From assembly GCA_943788915.1 (NCBI GenBank), contig CALSSD010000010.1:620001-684000 (forward strand): a stretch of DNA of 64,000 nucleotides, written 5' to 3'. The position numbers were made by a program, and so were the translations under genes. The notes beneath the pieces were generated by a model, which saw nothing but the letters and a program-made list of their open reading frames with translations, searched no databases and was not told the DNA's origin. Shown here in pieces: positions 22,111 through 32,691 of this stretch; position 1 is the first letter of the stretch, and the number at the start of each line of letters is the position of its first letter. The stretch is from an uncultured Acidimicrobiales bacterium. GTDB lineage: Bacteria; Actinomycetota; Acidimicrobiia; Acidimicrobiales; UBA10347.

Positions 22111-22148
22111 TGAGTCGAGTTCTGGCCGCCAGCCAGCGACAACTCAAG

Positions 22149-23366
22149 TCAAGAAGTCTGGATGGGTCGGCTCAAGGCCATGCGCAGCTGGCGGGCACGT
22201 TGTTCGGCAGCGTCGGGGGTTGCTGCGGTGACGGTGACATGGCCCATCTTGCGAGCTGGCCGGGGTTCGGACTTGCCGTAGAGATGAAGCGTGGCCGCAG
22301 GGTCAGCCAGTACGGATGCCCAGTTCGGTTCTACTGGCGCAGTTCCTGCCCCAGCGCTAAACCACAAGTCGCCAAGCAGGTTCACCATGGCGACTGCAGG
22401 TGCGGTCATCGCTGTATCGGCGAGCCCGACTCCGCACACGGCTCGAACCTGCTGTTCGAACTGACTGGTGACGCTGGCGTCGAGTGTCCAATGGCCGCTG
22501 TTGTGAGGCCGAGGCGCCAGCTCGTTGACGAGCAACGTGTCCTCGCCGTGCTGGTCGGCCACCACAAAGATCTCGACGGCCAGGACACCGACGTAGCGCA
22601 ACGCCTTGGCAATGGCGGTCGCCATCTCAACGGAGCGTGCCTTCAACGCAGCATCGACTCGAGCAGGCACGACGGAGACATCAAGAATTCCGTCAACATG
22701 CATGTTCTCAGCGACTGGCCACGTCTTGATGTGGCCATCGACGGTGCGGGCCACGAGCACACTCAGCTCAGTACGCAGATCAAGTAGCGATTCGACCACA
22801 ACGGCAACGCCGCCCATAGCGTCGACGGCTTCGTGCATCATCGGCACGCTGCTCACTCGATGTTGGCCCTTACCGTCGTAACCCATGCGGGCAGACTTGA
22901 CAACCGCACCGTGGGAAACGATCTTCGCCAATCTGGCATCGTGTTCGTGTTCGTGGCCGTCGTTCGGGGAATCTGATGTTTCATCGAGAGCAATGAATGG
23001 CCCGACCGGAAAACCATGGTCAGCCAGGAACCGTTTCTCCAGTATGCGGTCCTGGGCAATGGCGACTGCATCGGACCCGGGCGCAACCCGGGTGGTGGCC
23101 GCCAGGAGGTTGAGCGCATCGGCAGGCGGGTTCTCGAACTCGGTGGTGATGACGTCGCACTCGGCCGCCAACCGTGCAAGCGCTGTTGGGTCGTCGTAGG
23201 GTGCGACGAGGTGCTGGTTTGCGTGGACCGCTGCCGGAGCAGTCGGATCAGGATCGAGCACGATGGTGCGGTATCCCATAGCGCTGGCAGCCATCAGGGC
23301 GTAGCGGCCGAGTTGACCGCCGCCAAGCATGCCTATGGTGGCGGGAGGCACGAGAGGTTCGAGCAC
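22149..23366 (-). CDS. purK: N5-carboxyaminoimidazole ribonucleotide synthase
   Basis: GMLGGGQLG, TTEFEN, GYDGKGQ, NELAPRPHNSGHWT, HLYGK..RKMGH. Confidence 0.96.
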   Translation of the reverse strand: MLEPLVPPATIGMLGGGQLGRYALMAASAMGYRTIVLDPDPTAPAAVHANQHLVAPYDDPTALARLAAECDVITTEFENPPADALNLLAATTRVAPGSDAVAIAQDRILEKRFLADHGFPVGPFIALDETSDSPNDGHEHEHDARLAKIVSHGAVVKSARMGYDGKGQHRVSSVPMMHEAVDAMGGVAVVVESLLDLRTELSVLVARTVDGHIKTWPVAENMHVDGILDVSVVPARVDAALKARSVEMATAIAKALRYVGVLAVEIFVVADQHGEDTLLVNELAPRPHNSGHWTLDASVTSQFEQQVRAVCGVGLADTAMTAPAVAMVNLLGDLWFSAGAGTAPVEPNWASVLADPAATLHLYGKSEPRPARKMGHVTVTAATPDAAEQRARQLRMALSRPIQTS

Positions 23367-23375
23367 AGGAGCCGC

Positions 23376-23876
23376 CTAGTGCTGATCGGGCAGCACCGAT
23401 GATGCAGCTCGGTCACGCATTGCTGAGCGGTATGCCAGCAGCTGTTCGCTTAGTGCACCGTCGTCGGCGGCCAACATGGCGACGGCGAACAGTGCTGCAT
23501 TGGTTGCCCCGGCCTCGCCGATAGCGAAGGTGGCCGTCGGGATGCCACCAGGCATCTGGACAATTGAATACAAGCTGTCCTGACCAGACAGATGGCGAGA
23601 AGCAACTGGAACACCAAGGACCGGCACAATGGTCTTCGCAGCGAGCATGCCGGGAAGATGGGCAGCACCACCGGCCCCGGCGATGATCGCACGAAGCCCC
23701 CGCCCCGACGCAGCGTCGGCATAGGCGAACATGTCGTCGGGCATGCGATGGGCGCTCAGCACCTGGGACTCGTAGGCGATCTCGAATTCGGTCAAGATCT
23801 CGACGGCCTTCGACATGGTCGGCCAGTCGCTCGAAGATCCCATGACCACGCCGATGACAGGCTGCTCTTTGCTCAC
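23376..23876 (-). CDS. purE: N5-CAIR mutase
   Basis: VMGSSSDW, SAHRMP, IAGAGGAAHLPGMLAA, SIVQMPGGIP. Confidence 0.97.
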   Translation of the reverse strand: MSKEQPVIGVVMGSSSDWPTMSKAVEILTEFEIAYESQVLSAHRMPDDMFAYADAASGRGLRAIIAGAGGAAHLPGMLAAKTIVPVLGVPVASRHLSGQDSLYSIVQMPGGIPTATFAIGEAGATNAALFAVAMLAADDGALSEQLLAYRSAMRDRAASSVLPDQH

Positions 23877-23994
23877 CGTGGCGATGATACGAGATCACGC
23901 CAGTTGACGCCGCTTGGCAACGTAACAATTCTGCTGGCAGTGCCCCCAGACCTGGGACAGAGACCTGTGGCGGGGGAGAGCGTTGTAGCCTGTC

Positions 23995-25413
23995 ATGGTG
24001 AGCCAGCAGTACTTCATCCGCACCTATGGGTGCCAGATGAATGAACACGACACCGAACGAATCGCCAGCCTGTTGCAAGACGACGGCATGACCGAGGCTG
24101 CGTCGATGGACGATGCCGACGTAGTTGTGCTGAACACTTGCTGCATACGCGAGAACGCCGACAACAAGCTTTACGGTCAGCTCGGCAATCTCAAGCAGAT
24201 GAAAATTGATAAGCCTGACATGCAGATCGCCGTCGCTGGCTGTCTCGCACAGAAGGATCGTGACGAGATTCAAGCTCGAGCTGGACACGTCGATGTGGTG
24301 TTTGGCACCCACAATGTGCACCGGGCCGTCGAGTTGCTCGACATCGCCCGTACCCAGGGTCCAGTTACCGAAATCCTCGAAGCTGCCGCACGCGACGACG
24401 CACTAGCGTTCCCGTCCGCGCTACCAGTCCGTCGCGAGAGCGACCACGCCGCCTGGGTCACCATCCAGATCGGCTGCGACAACAACTGCGCGTTCTGCAT
24501 CGTGCCGGCCGTACGAGGCCCCGAGGTATCTCGCCCATTCGACCAACTCGTCGGCGAAGTTGCGCACCTGGCCCGTGAAGGCATTAGCGAAGTCACGCTG
24601 CTCGGCCAGAACGTGAACAGCTACGGCCGCGACCTTGCGATCAACGCACGTCGTGCCGGTGAAGACGTTCGCCTCCGCCCAATGTTTGCGAAACTACTTC
24701 GCACTATTGGAGACATCGACGGCATCCAGCGCATCCGCTACACCAGCCCCCACCCCAAAGACATGCAACTCGACGTGGCCGAGGCTATGGCCGAAACAGC
24801 TGCGGTCTGTGAACACCTGCATATGCCGCTGCAATCTGGCAGTGATCGTGTGCTGTCACTCATGCATCGGGGTTACAACGCCGAGCGTTACCTGCGAGTG
24901 ATCGAGCAGGCTCGAGCCACCATTCCCGATCTTGCGGTCACCACCGACATCATTGTTGGTTTCCCGGGCGAGACCGAGGCAGATTTCGAACGTACCCTCG
25001 AAGTAGCTGCCGAAGTCAAATACGACAGCGCCTACACCTTTGTGTTCTCGCCCCGCCCTGGCACCGAAGCCGCAGACATGGAAGCCGACTTCTGTGACCC
25101 TGCCGAAGTCACCGACCGGTACGAGCGCCTTCGTGTCGTCATCGAGCGCTCAGCTCGTCAGCGTCATGCAGCCCGTATAGGCAAGACCGAAGAGGTCGTG
25201 GTCGAAGGAACCAGCAAACGCGACGACAGCGTGCTGACCGGACGCACCCGTCAGAACAAGCTGATTCATTTCCCCACAGCCAACCCGATCAAGGCTGGCA
25301 GCTACGCCACCGTCAAGGTGACCGACGCAGGCATGCAGTACCTGATGGGTGAGTTGGTCGAAGTTACGGCAACGCCAAAACGACGAACCCGCATTCCTGT
25401 CGTCGCCGGTTAG
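23995..25413 (+). CDS. miaB: tRNA-2-methylthio-N6-dimethylallyladenosine synthase
   Basis: TYGCQMN, NTCCIRENA, radical SAM GCDNNCAFC, LLGQNVNSYG, C-terminal TRAM domain. Confidence 0.96.
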   Translation: MVSQQYFIRTYGCQMNEHDTERIASLLQDDGMTEAASMDDADVVVLNTCCIRENADNKLYGQLGNLKQMKIDKPDMQIAVAGCLAQKDRDEIQARAGHVDVVFGTHNVHRAVELLDIARTQGPVTEILEAAARDDALAFPSALPVRRESDHAAWVTIQIGCDNNCAFCIVPAVRGPEVSRPFDQLVGEVAHLAREGISEVTLLGQNVNSYGRDLAINARRAGEDVRLRPMFAKLLRTIGDIDGIQRIRYTSPHPKDMQLDVAEAMAETAAVCEHLHMPLQSGSDRVLSLMHRGYNAERYLRVIEQARATIPDLAVTTDIIVGFPGETEADFERTLEVAAEVKYDSAYTFVFSPRPGTEAADMEADFCDPAEVTDRYERLRVVIERSARQRHAARIGKTEEVVVEGTSKRDDSVLTGRTRQNKLIHFPTANPIKAGSYATVKVTDAGMQYLMGELVEVTATPKRRTRIPVVAG

Positions 25414-25431
25414 TCGGCTCTTTCACATCTC

Positions 25432-26346
25432 GTGAGTGTTCCCGATATCCCACTGGCCATCATTGGTCCCACCGCTGCTGGCAAGTCGGCGCTCGCCATG
25501 GCAATCGCTGCCGTCGATGATCGCGTCGAACTGATTTCTGCTGACTCCATGCAGGTCTACCGAGGTATGGACATCGGCACCGCGAAGCCGTCGCTCGATG
25601 AGCAGGCAGCCGTGCCGCATCATCTCATCGACATTCTCGATCCATGGGATGCGTACACCGTGTCGCAGTTCGTGGTGGACGTTGACCGGGTCACTGCCGA
25701 CATTCGAAGCCGAGGAAAGATCCCAGTCATGGTTGGTGGCACCGGTTTGTATGTGCGTTCCATCGTCGACGACATGGAGATCCCGCCGCAGTTCCCTGAT
25801 GTCAAGGCCGAACTTGAGGCTGATCCTGATACCGACGGCATGTATCGCCGGTTAGCCGAACTCGACCCGGTTGGTGCCGATCGTATGGACTCGAATAACC
25901 GCCGCAGAGTGATTCGAGCGCTTGAGGTAACGGTTGGTAGCGGACGTCCCTTCTCGAGCTTTGGCCCGGGAATGGATCGGTACAAGCCGTCGCGTGTCAA
26001 TCAGATTGCCTGCGATCGACCCCGACCATCGCTCGATGAACGGATTCATCGCCGCTACGACGTGCAGATGGAGCGGGGATTCCTGGATGAAGTCCGTGCG
26101 GTAGCGGCTCATCCCAACGGCATGTCGGCCAATGCCCGACAAGCGCTTGGCTACAAGGAACTGCTTGGCCATATCGAAGGTGGCCAGCCGCTCGAAGTGG
26201 CACTGGACATCGCCAAACAACGGACCCGTCGTTTCGTCAGACGCCAACACAGTTGGTTCCGCCGTGATCCCCGCATCGAATGGTTCGACCTCGATGCGGT
26301 CGATGTCGGCCATGTTGTAGAACGTGTTCTTCCACTGTTGAACTAG
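25432..26346 (+). CDS. miaA: tRNA dimethylallyltransferase
   Basis: GPTAAGKS, SADSMQVYRGMDIGTAKP, VGGTGLY. Confidence 0.97.
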   Translation: MSVPDIPLAIIGPTAAGKSALAMAIAAVDDRVELISADSMQVYRGMDIGTAKPSLDEQAAVPHHLIDILDPWDAYTVSQFVVDVDRVTADIRSRGKIPVMVGGTGLYVRSIVDDMEIPPQFPDVKAELEADPDTDGMYRRLAELDPVGADRMDSNNRRRVIRALEVTVGSGRPFSSFGPGMDRYKPSRVNQIACDRPRPSLDERIHRRYDVQMERGFLDEVRAVAAHPNGMSANARQALGYKELLGHIEGGQPLEVALDIAKQRTRRFVRRQHSWFRRDPRIEWFDLDAVDVGHVVERVLPLLN

Positions 26347-26394
26347 GCCCGGGTGCAATGTCCCTGGCGTAGGGATCGCCAGGCCGAAGCTCGG

Positions 26395-26545
26395 GTGAGA
26401 TTCCTTGGCCTGTGATCTGCTCGAGTTCTTAATGCAACCCGATGGCGCAGTCATGGAAGGCACCGGTGGTGGAGTCGCCCCCGATCGAGTGATCTGGCCC
26501 GTGCACGCCACCGCCAATAATCATCACCCGAGCAGTAGCTGGACC
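26395..26545 (-). pseudogene. Remnant of a GcvT/dimethylglycine-dehydrogenase-like FAD oxidoreductase N-terminus
   Basis: One frame reads PATARVMIIGGGVHG...AFHDCAIGLH*ELEQITGQ: FAD-binding start, then an ELEQITGQ segment, with an in-frame TAA and an apparent internal deletion. Confidence 0.45.
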
Positions 26546-26724
26546 CACAGATGAGCCTGTTCATGCATCTCCGACGAACTGATGTTTGCCCGTCGCCAGC
26601 CTTTTCTGAGCTGTACGACCGGCCGAGACTAGAGAAATTCGGCAGACTTCGCCGAAGTCCATGCGGCTTGGCTGTATCTGCTGCCACACTGGGCGTTATG
26701 TCTGAGTTCCACGTCGCGTCGCGA

Positions 26725-27524
26725 ATGCAGCGCCATGATCTACATAAGCTGCACGGACTCGGTAATGACTTCTTGTTGTGGTTCCAGCCAGCGGTGCCCG
26801 AAGGCGCCAGCGAACTTGCGCAGCGATGGTGCAATCGCACAACAGGCATCGGCGCCGACGGACTGATCGTGGCGATCGATGATCGCGTGGCCCCTCAGTT
26901 CGTGCTCTTCAACTCCGATGGCGGCCGAGCCGAAATCAGCGGCAATGGTCTGCGTTGTTTCGTGCATGCACTAGCCGCTCGACGAGGGGTCGACGAGCTT
27001 GAAACGCTTGTTTCAACCGACGTAGGAGATCGTTCGGCCCACATCCGAGGGGCGTTGTCCGAGACCTCCTTGGTGTCGGTTGGCATGGGAGCGCCGAATC
27101 CTGGCCCAAGCCTTGAGGGCCTCGATCTCACCGTGCATGTCGACTATCGGCGTGCCGACACCGTCGATCTGGGCAATCCACACCTGGTGATCGAAGTCGA
27201 AGATCCTTCCGCCTATGACATGTCGGTTGTCGGCCCAGCGATCGAAGCTCACTTCATGCCTGCTGGCATCAATGTGCATCTGGTGTGCAGCCCACCGAAT
27301 CAGGCGTCCGCATGGCAATTTGGGAACGTGGCGTAGGTGTAACCGAAGCGTGTGGTTCGGGTGCCTGTGCTGCAGCTGCCATTGCTTCGCTTTCTCGCCC
27401 GGACCAGGGTGTCTTTGAGATTGTTATGCCTGGCGGGGCTGTTTCGGTGGAAGTGGCCGATGAACTTACCCTCATTGGACCGAGCAGTTATGTTGCTGCC
27501 GTCGAGCCCATGAGCTGGGCTTAA
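26725..27524 (+). pseudogene. dapF: Diaminopimelate epimerase, frameshifted near 27286
   Basis: KLHGLGNDF, GIGADG, FNSDGGRAEISGNGLRC, GNPH in frame 1; WERGVGVTEACGSGACA in frame 2; junction CTG GTG TG CAG. Confidence 0.85.
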
Positions 27525-27530
27525 AACCGC

Positions 27531-28877
27531 ATGGGTGACGACACACAGGTCTCGGATCCAACTGAATCGCACCGCGGGGCCTTTGGCGATTACGGCGGTG
27601 AAGAGCGGGCGTTCATTGACCGTTCGTTCCGTGAGAAAATCGTGCTCGTGGGTGTCAGCCTGCCGAGCGGTTCACCCGAGGAGACAGAAGCCGCACTCGA
27701 TGAGTTGACCGCTCTTGTCGACACCGCTGGTGCCGACGCCGTGGCCCGGGTAGTACAACGGCGTGAAGCCCCCGATCCTGCCACCTTTATTGGAAAAGGC
27801 AAGGTGGCCGAGGTCCGCGCTGAGTCTGACCTGCACGACGCAGACACCGTCGTTTTCGACGACGAACTGTCGCCGGCGCAGCAGGCCAATCTCGTCAAAC
27901 TGCTCGGTCGTACCGCCATTGACCGCACTGCGGTCATTCTGGACATCTTTGCCCAGAACGCCCACAGCCAGGAGGGCAAGGCTCAAGTTGAGTTGGCACT
28001 GCTGCGTTATCGCCTGCCACGCCTCAAGAGCACGAAACGTTTCAGCCAGCAGGGCGGTGGTATCGGCACCCGAGGTCCGGGCGAAACGCAGCTCGAAGTT
28101 GACCGCCGCCGCATCGAACGCCGTATTCACAAGCTCGAGGCCCAACTTCGCACCGTTGCCGGACACCGACGCACCCAATCCAAGCAGCGCCGCCGCACAT
28201 CAAACCGTGGCGTGGCCATTGTTGGCTACACCAACGCTGGTAAGTCCACGTTGCTCAATCGCCTGACTGACGCTGGTGTGTTGACTGAAGACCGGCTGTT
28301 CGCCACCCTCGATGCAGCAACCCGCAAGCTCTCGCTACCCGGCGGCGAGAAGGTATTCCTGACCGACACGGTTGGGTTCGTGCGCAAACTTCCGCACCAA
28401 TTGGTGCAGGCCTTCAAGTCCACCCTCGATGTGGTGATCGACGCTGACCTGCTGATTCACGTGGTCGATGCCAGTGCGCACGATCCCGAAGGCCAGATCA
28501 AGGCCGTACAAGAGGTGCTCGACGAGATCGGCGCCGACGAAATCCCGCAGCTCGTGGTGTTCAACAAGATCGATATCGCCGACGAGCCGGCCGCTCTGAT
28601 GCGGGCCTATGAAGGCTCGATGGCCGTTTCCGCAGCGTCGGGCGAAGGCGCCGAAGAGCTGCTGAATGCTATCGCCGACCGACTTGCCATCACGAACGAA
28701 CTGGTCGACATCATCGTGCCGTTTGACCGCGGCGACATCATCGCCGAACTGCACCGTTCCGGCCAGGTTATGAGCGAGCAGGCCACCGACGAAGGTATGA
28801 AGTATCGAGCTCGCCTCGATACGTTCTCGGCTGGACGTATGAGCGAATTTGTCGTAGAAACCGAAGGTAATCAATGA
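27531..28877 (+). CDS. hflX: GTPase HflX
   Basis: GIGTRGPGETQLEVDRR, VGYTNAGKST, LFATLD, DTVGF, NKID. Confidence 0.97.
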   Translation: MGDDTQVSDPTESHRGAFGDYGGEERAFIDRSFREKIVLVGVSLPSGSPEETEAALDELTALVDTAGADAVARVVQRREAPDPATFIGKGKVAEVRAESDLHDADTVVFDDELSPAQQANLVKLLGRTAIDRTAVILDIFAQNAHSQEGKAQVELALLRYRLPRLKSTKRFSQQGGGIGTRGPGETQLEVDRRRIERRIHKLEAQLRTVAGHRRTQSKQRRRTSNRGVAIVGYTNAGKSTLLNRLTDAGVLTEDRLFATLDAATRKLSLPGGEKVFLTDTVGFVRKLPHQLVQAFKSTLDVVIDADLLIHVVDASAHDPEGQIKAVQEVLDEIGADEIPQLVVFNKIDIADEPAALMRAYEGSMAVSAASGEGAEELLNAIADRLAITNELVDIIVPFDRGDIIAELHRSGQVMSEQATDEGMKYRARLDTFSAGRMSEFVVETEGNQ

Positions 28878-30001
28878 GTACTGGGTATGTCCCGCCGCCG
28901 TATCCCTATGACCGGCTGAACACGTTGAAGCCGCTAGGGCAGAAGTTTGATGGAGGGCTGATCGATCTGTCGATCGGTACGCCACGTGATGCCGCACCTG
29001 AGGCGGCCATCCGTGCCATGGCCGAGTCCGGCGCAGAACGTGGCTACCCGCCGTCGATCGGCCTGCCCGAAGCTCGAGAGGCCGCTGCCGGTTGGCTCGA
29101 CCGCCGCTTTGGTGTAGATATCTCGGCCGACAATCTTGCTGCCACCATTGGTACCAAGGAGTTCGTGGTCTCAACGCCTCGCTATTTGGCGCTACGCACG
29201 CCCGAACGCGACACCGTGCTGTATCCAGAGATCAGCTACCCGAGTTACGCCATGGGGGCAGAACTGGCTGGACTGCGCTCGGTGCCAGTTGCTGTCGACG
29301 ATGCATGGAACCCGATGCTTGACTCCGTGGATCCTGCCGATGTCGAACGGGCCTTGTGTCTCTGGGTGAACAGCCCGGGCAACCCAGCAGGTGCAGTCGA
29401 CGATCTGGTCGCAGCAGCCGAGTGGGGGAGAACCCGTTCGATTCCCGTGCTGAGCGACGAATGTTACATCGAGTTCACCTGGGACGGACCCGGCCGCACC
29501 ATTCTTGAGACTGGTCTCGATGGCGTGCTTGCACTGCACTCGCTCTCCAAACGTTCGAACTTTGCCGGCGGCCGTTTTGGCTTCTATGCCGGCGACCCCG
29601 ACCTGGTCTTCTTCCTGTCAGAGATCCGCAAACATGCGGGCAATATGGTGCCTGGTCCTGTCCAGCACGCAGCTATTGCAGCGTTGAACGACGACGCCCA
29701 CGTCGATGCGCAACGCGATCGGTACTTCGAACGGTTGAACTATGTCGCTGGGCTACTCAGAAGTGGCGGCCTTGATGTCGAGCTTCCCGCAGGTGGTTTC
29801 TACCTGTGGCTCCGTGCACCTGGCGGCGACGCGTGGGCGTTGACAAACTGGATGGCCGAGCATCTTGGGGTGCTGGTCAGTCCTGGCGAGTTCTACGGCC
29901 CTGCGGGCAGTGAGCACGTGCGGCTTGCCTTGGTCGACAGCATGGACCGGCTACGACTCATCGAACAACGCCTGAGCGCTGCTCCGCCCCTGTCGTTCTA
30001 A
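28874..30001 (+). CDS. dapC: N-succinyldiaminopimelate aminotransferase-like PLP enzyme (class I/II)
   Basis: DLSIGTP, WVNSPGNP, SDECY, HSLSKRSN (PLP Lys); ATGA overlap with hflX; next to dapF. Confidence 0.8.
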   Translation: MSTGYVPPPYPYDRLNTLKPLGQKFDGGLIDLSIGTPRDAAPEAAIRAMAESGAERGYPPSIGLPEAREAAAGWLDRRFGVDISADNLAATIGTKEFVVSTPRYLALRTPERDTVLYPEISYPSYAMGAELAGLRSVPVAVDDAWNPMLDSVDPADVERALCLWVNSPGNPAGAVDDLVAAAEWGRTRSIPVLSDECYIEFTWDGPGRTILETGLDGVLALHSLSKRSNFAGGRFGFYAGDPDLVFFLSEIRKHAGNMVPGPVQHAAIAALNDDAHVDAQRDRYFERLNYVAGLLRSGGLDVELPAGGFYLWLRAPGGDAWALTNWMAEHLGVLVSPGEFYGPAGSEHVRLALVDSMDRLRLIEQRLSAAPPLSF

Positions 30002-30118
30002 GAGGGGTCAACCCGAGCTAGGGAACAGGGTTAGATGCTAGATGTGTTGCCCTGGGTCGTTCAACCCGTCCCATGGGCGGTGTCACAGCGGAGGCTCGAA
30101 TCAGGAGCGCCGGGTTGT

Positions 30119-31522
30119 TCAGAAGGCGAGTAGGTCGTAGCGGTCAGCCCACGGCATAGCGATTTCGAGCTCGGCGGCTACCGACAGGAGTATGTCTTCG
30201 CGACCATGGGCTGCGATCAGTTGCGAACCCATCGGTACGTTTCCGTCTGCCCAATGGATGGGTAGGGAGATCGCTGGTTGACCGGTCAGGTTGGCCCAAC
30301 TGGTCAGCGACAGCGACGGGAGAACCCGCTTCATGACCGCGTCGACCTCGTCGTCGCTGAACGCCTGCAACTCGCCGTGGGGATTCGGCGGTTCCGCGAC
30401 CGTGGCCATGAGGAGGAGGTCGAAACCTTCGTACCATTGGGCGACCTGACGGGTGACGAGTTGGCCTGCCTCGGCCAGATCGAGCAGGTCCGTCGCCGAC
30501 ATTTGTCGGGCCGCCGCCACATACATGCGGGTGATGGGCTCGAGTTGGTCGTCAGGGCACGGCACCCCAGTAAGTCTTTCCCACCGGCGGATCGCCCAGT
30601 CGGTGCCAGCCATAACGATCTTGCCCAGCACTGCGGCGGCGGTGCGGCGATCAAGGATTGGCGGATGGGCCTCGGTGACCGAGTGGCCAAGATTGGACAA
30701 TGCATCGGCGGTAACCGAAACCGCAGAGGCAGCCTCAGGCGAAAGTGAACCGAACCCGCCGGGCACACCGCCCCACACGCCGACTCGCAGCGATCGAGGT
30801 ACGACCCCATCGGACGGATGCACCGCAAACGGGTCACCGGGCTCCGGACCCGAGACGGCACCGAGTAGGCCGGCCGTGTCACGTACCGACCGGGTTACCG
30901 CTAGCTCGGCGATCACGCTTCCGAAGAGGTCGCCATACAGCGGCCCGAGAGGTACCCGGCCTCGGCTTGGTTTGAGTCCGACGAGTCCGCAGCGAGCGGC
31001 CGGTGAGCGGATCGATCCGCCAGCATCGTTGGCGTGACCGATGGCTACCATCCGAGAGGCGACCGCTGCCGCAGAACCGCCGCTGGATCCGCTGGGTGTG
31101 TGACCCGATAGCCATGGGTTGTGTGTTGGCCCGTACCGAAGAGGCTCTGTCGTCGGAACACCGCCGAGCTCTGACGTATTCGTCTTTCCCACGATGACGA
31201 AGCCAGCCTCTTTGAATCGGCGGGCGAGCGTCTGGTCGGCAGGTGCGTGGTAGTCGATGTTGGCGAGGTAGTGCATCCCCTCATGGAACGGTTCGTCGGC
31301 GAGCTCGCACATCAGATCCTTGAGGACCATCGGAACGCCGGCGAACGGTGCCGACGGGTCGACCGCGGCTGCATCGGCTCGGGCCCGCTCATCGCGACGA
31401 TGAATCACCGCGTTTAGCGCCGGGTTCCGTGCGTCGATGCGCTCTAACGCCAAGTCGACGAGCTCGATCGGAGATACTACGCCGTTGCGGACGAGCGCTG
31501 CCTGCGCGGTGGCGTCGAGCAT
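30119..31522 (-). CDS. Amidase (amidase signature family)
   Basis: [38 protein letters not shown]. Confidence 0.92.
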   Translation of the reverse strand: MLDATAQAALVRNGVVSPIELVDLALERIDARNPALNAVIHRRDERARADAAAVDPSAPFAGVPMVLKDLMCELADEPFHEGMHYLANIDYHAPADQTLARRFKEAGFVIVGKTNTSELGGVPTTEPLRYGPTHNPWLSGHTPSGSSGGSAAAVASRMVAIGHANDAGGSIRSPAARCGLVGLKPSRGRVPLGPLYGDLFGSVIAELAVTRSVRDTAGLLGAVSGPEPGDPFAVHPSDGVVPRSLRVGVWGGVPGGFGSLSPEAASAVSVTADALSNLGHSVTEAHPPILDRRTAAAVLGKIVMAGTDWAIRRWERLTGVPCPDDQLEPITRMYVAAARQMSATDLLDLAEAGQLVTRQVAQWYEGFDLLLMATVAEPPNPHGELQAFSDDEVDAVMKRVLPSLSLTSWANLTGQPAISLPIHWADGNVPMGSQLIAAHGREDILLSVAAELEIAMPWADRYDLLAF

Positions 31523-31747
31523 CGAGCGGGCTATCAGTAGCGGCCATGATTGCCGTTCTAGTGCCGCTCGTGTCGACAGTCAATTGTATGAGCGAGGTGT
31601 GAGCGAGGTGCCGCGATGCATGTGTGATGCACCGGTGACCTCTTAGCAGTTCGTATCGAAGGAAACGTTGGGGCGGTAGCAGCTGCCAGCAGCCCGATTC
31701 GTCAGGAGCGACAAGCTACCAACGACACGCAGTCGTGGTCGGTTTGA

Positions 31748-32398
31748 CTAGAGCTTGCGCATGACGGTGACGACCTTGCCAAAGATCGTGACTTGGTCAG
31801 GCGTGAAGACCATGAGCTCCAGGGCCGGGTTCTCGGGCTGGAGGATTATCTGGGTGCGTGACTTGGTATGGAGGCGTTTGACCGTACCTTCGTCGCCAGG
31901 GATGCCAGCTACGACAATTTCGCCGAGCTCAGCCGTGGGCTGCACCCTGACGACGACGAAGTCGCCATCGAAGATGCCGGCGCCGATCATGGATTCGCCA
32001 CGGACTCGCAGCATGAACAGCTCACCGTCGCTGGTGAACTGGGCCGGTATTGGCATGAGCTCTTCGACGTTGGACTGTGCCAGCACATCGGTACCTGCGG
32101 CGACATCGCCGATGAGCGGTACATGGGTGACGGCTGCTTTGTCGGCCACTTTGCCCGATCGAGGGTCGTACCGAACTTCGATAGCGCGAGGCTTGTCAGG
32201 ATCACGGCGCAGAAAACCATGCTTCTGCAATGTGGCCAGGTGTGAATGGACCGTGGATGGTGACGTGAGACCGACCGCTTCGCCGATTTCACGCACCGAC
32301 GGAGGGAAACCCCGCTCGCGAAGCGTGTCTGCGATGTAACTCAGAATCGACTCTTGGCGACTCGTGAGTGTGTGGTTTGGTGCCATTTCTGGTGCCAT
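31748..32398 (-). CDS. lexA: LexA repressor
   Basis: GFPPSVREI, SPSTVHSHL, cleavage site VAAG, catalytic GESM and TVKR; AAGGA RBS before ATG 32398. Confidence 0.97.
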   Translation of the reverse strand: MAPEMAPNHTLTSRQESILSYIADTLRERGFPPSVREIGEAVGLTSPSTVHSHLATLQKHGFLRRDPDKPRAIEVRYDPRSGKVADKAAVTHVPLIGDVAAGTDVLAQSNVEELMPIPAQFTSDGELFMLRVRGESMIGAGIFDGDFVVVRVQPTAELGEIVVAGIPGDEGTVKRLHTKSRTQIILQPENPALELMVFTPDQVTIFGKVVTVMRKL

Positions 32399-32453
32399 CG
32401 GAATGTCCTTTGTCCACGCTGGCTGGGCCATGTGGTGAAATTCAGGGTTGCAA

Positions 32454-32531
32454 TCGAACGAACGTTCGTTCTACAGTACCGAGTGTCGAACGCATGTACG
32501 ACGAATGCATGTTCCCCGAACGAGCGTTCGA
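32454..32531. promoter_or_regulatory. Cluster of 3-4 LexA boxes between the divergent lexA and LysM genes
   Basis: TCGAAC-GAAC-GTTCGT (32454), TCGAAC-GCAT-GTACGA (32486), degenerate ACGAAT-GCAT-GTTCCC (32501), CCGAAC-GAGC-GTTCGA (32516). Confidence 0.9.
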
Positions 32532-32663
32532 AGTCAAGTATTTGACGGGCAAATCCACAGAATTCTGCTGAATCTTGTGGAGACCGCCTTTTACCTCTTC
32601 TGCGACCCACCACACGCGACAGAAGCTCTCCGGCCCGCAGCCCCGCTGCAGTCCAATCGAGAG

Positions 32664-32685
32664 TGTCACACCCCTCAGGAAGAAT
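32664..32685 (+). promoter_or_regulatory. RecA-NDp/PafBC-like promoter motif
   Basis: TGTCAC-acccctcagg-AAGAAT, 6 nt before ATG 32692; one mismatch in the -10 element. Confidence 0.5.
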
Positions 32686-32691
32686 GAACCC

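Noticed and set aside
31500..31550. Possible frameshift at the amidase 5' end (MAATDSP in another frame)
   Set aside because: The ORF from ATG 31522 already contains the full amidase domain, so there is no evidence of disruption
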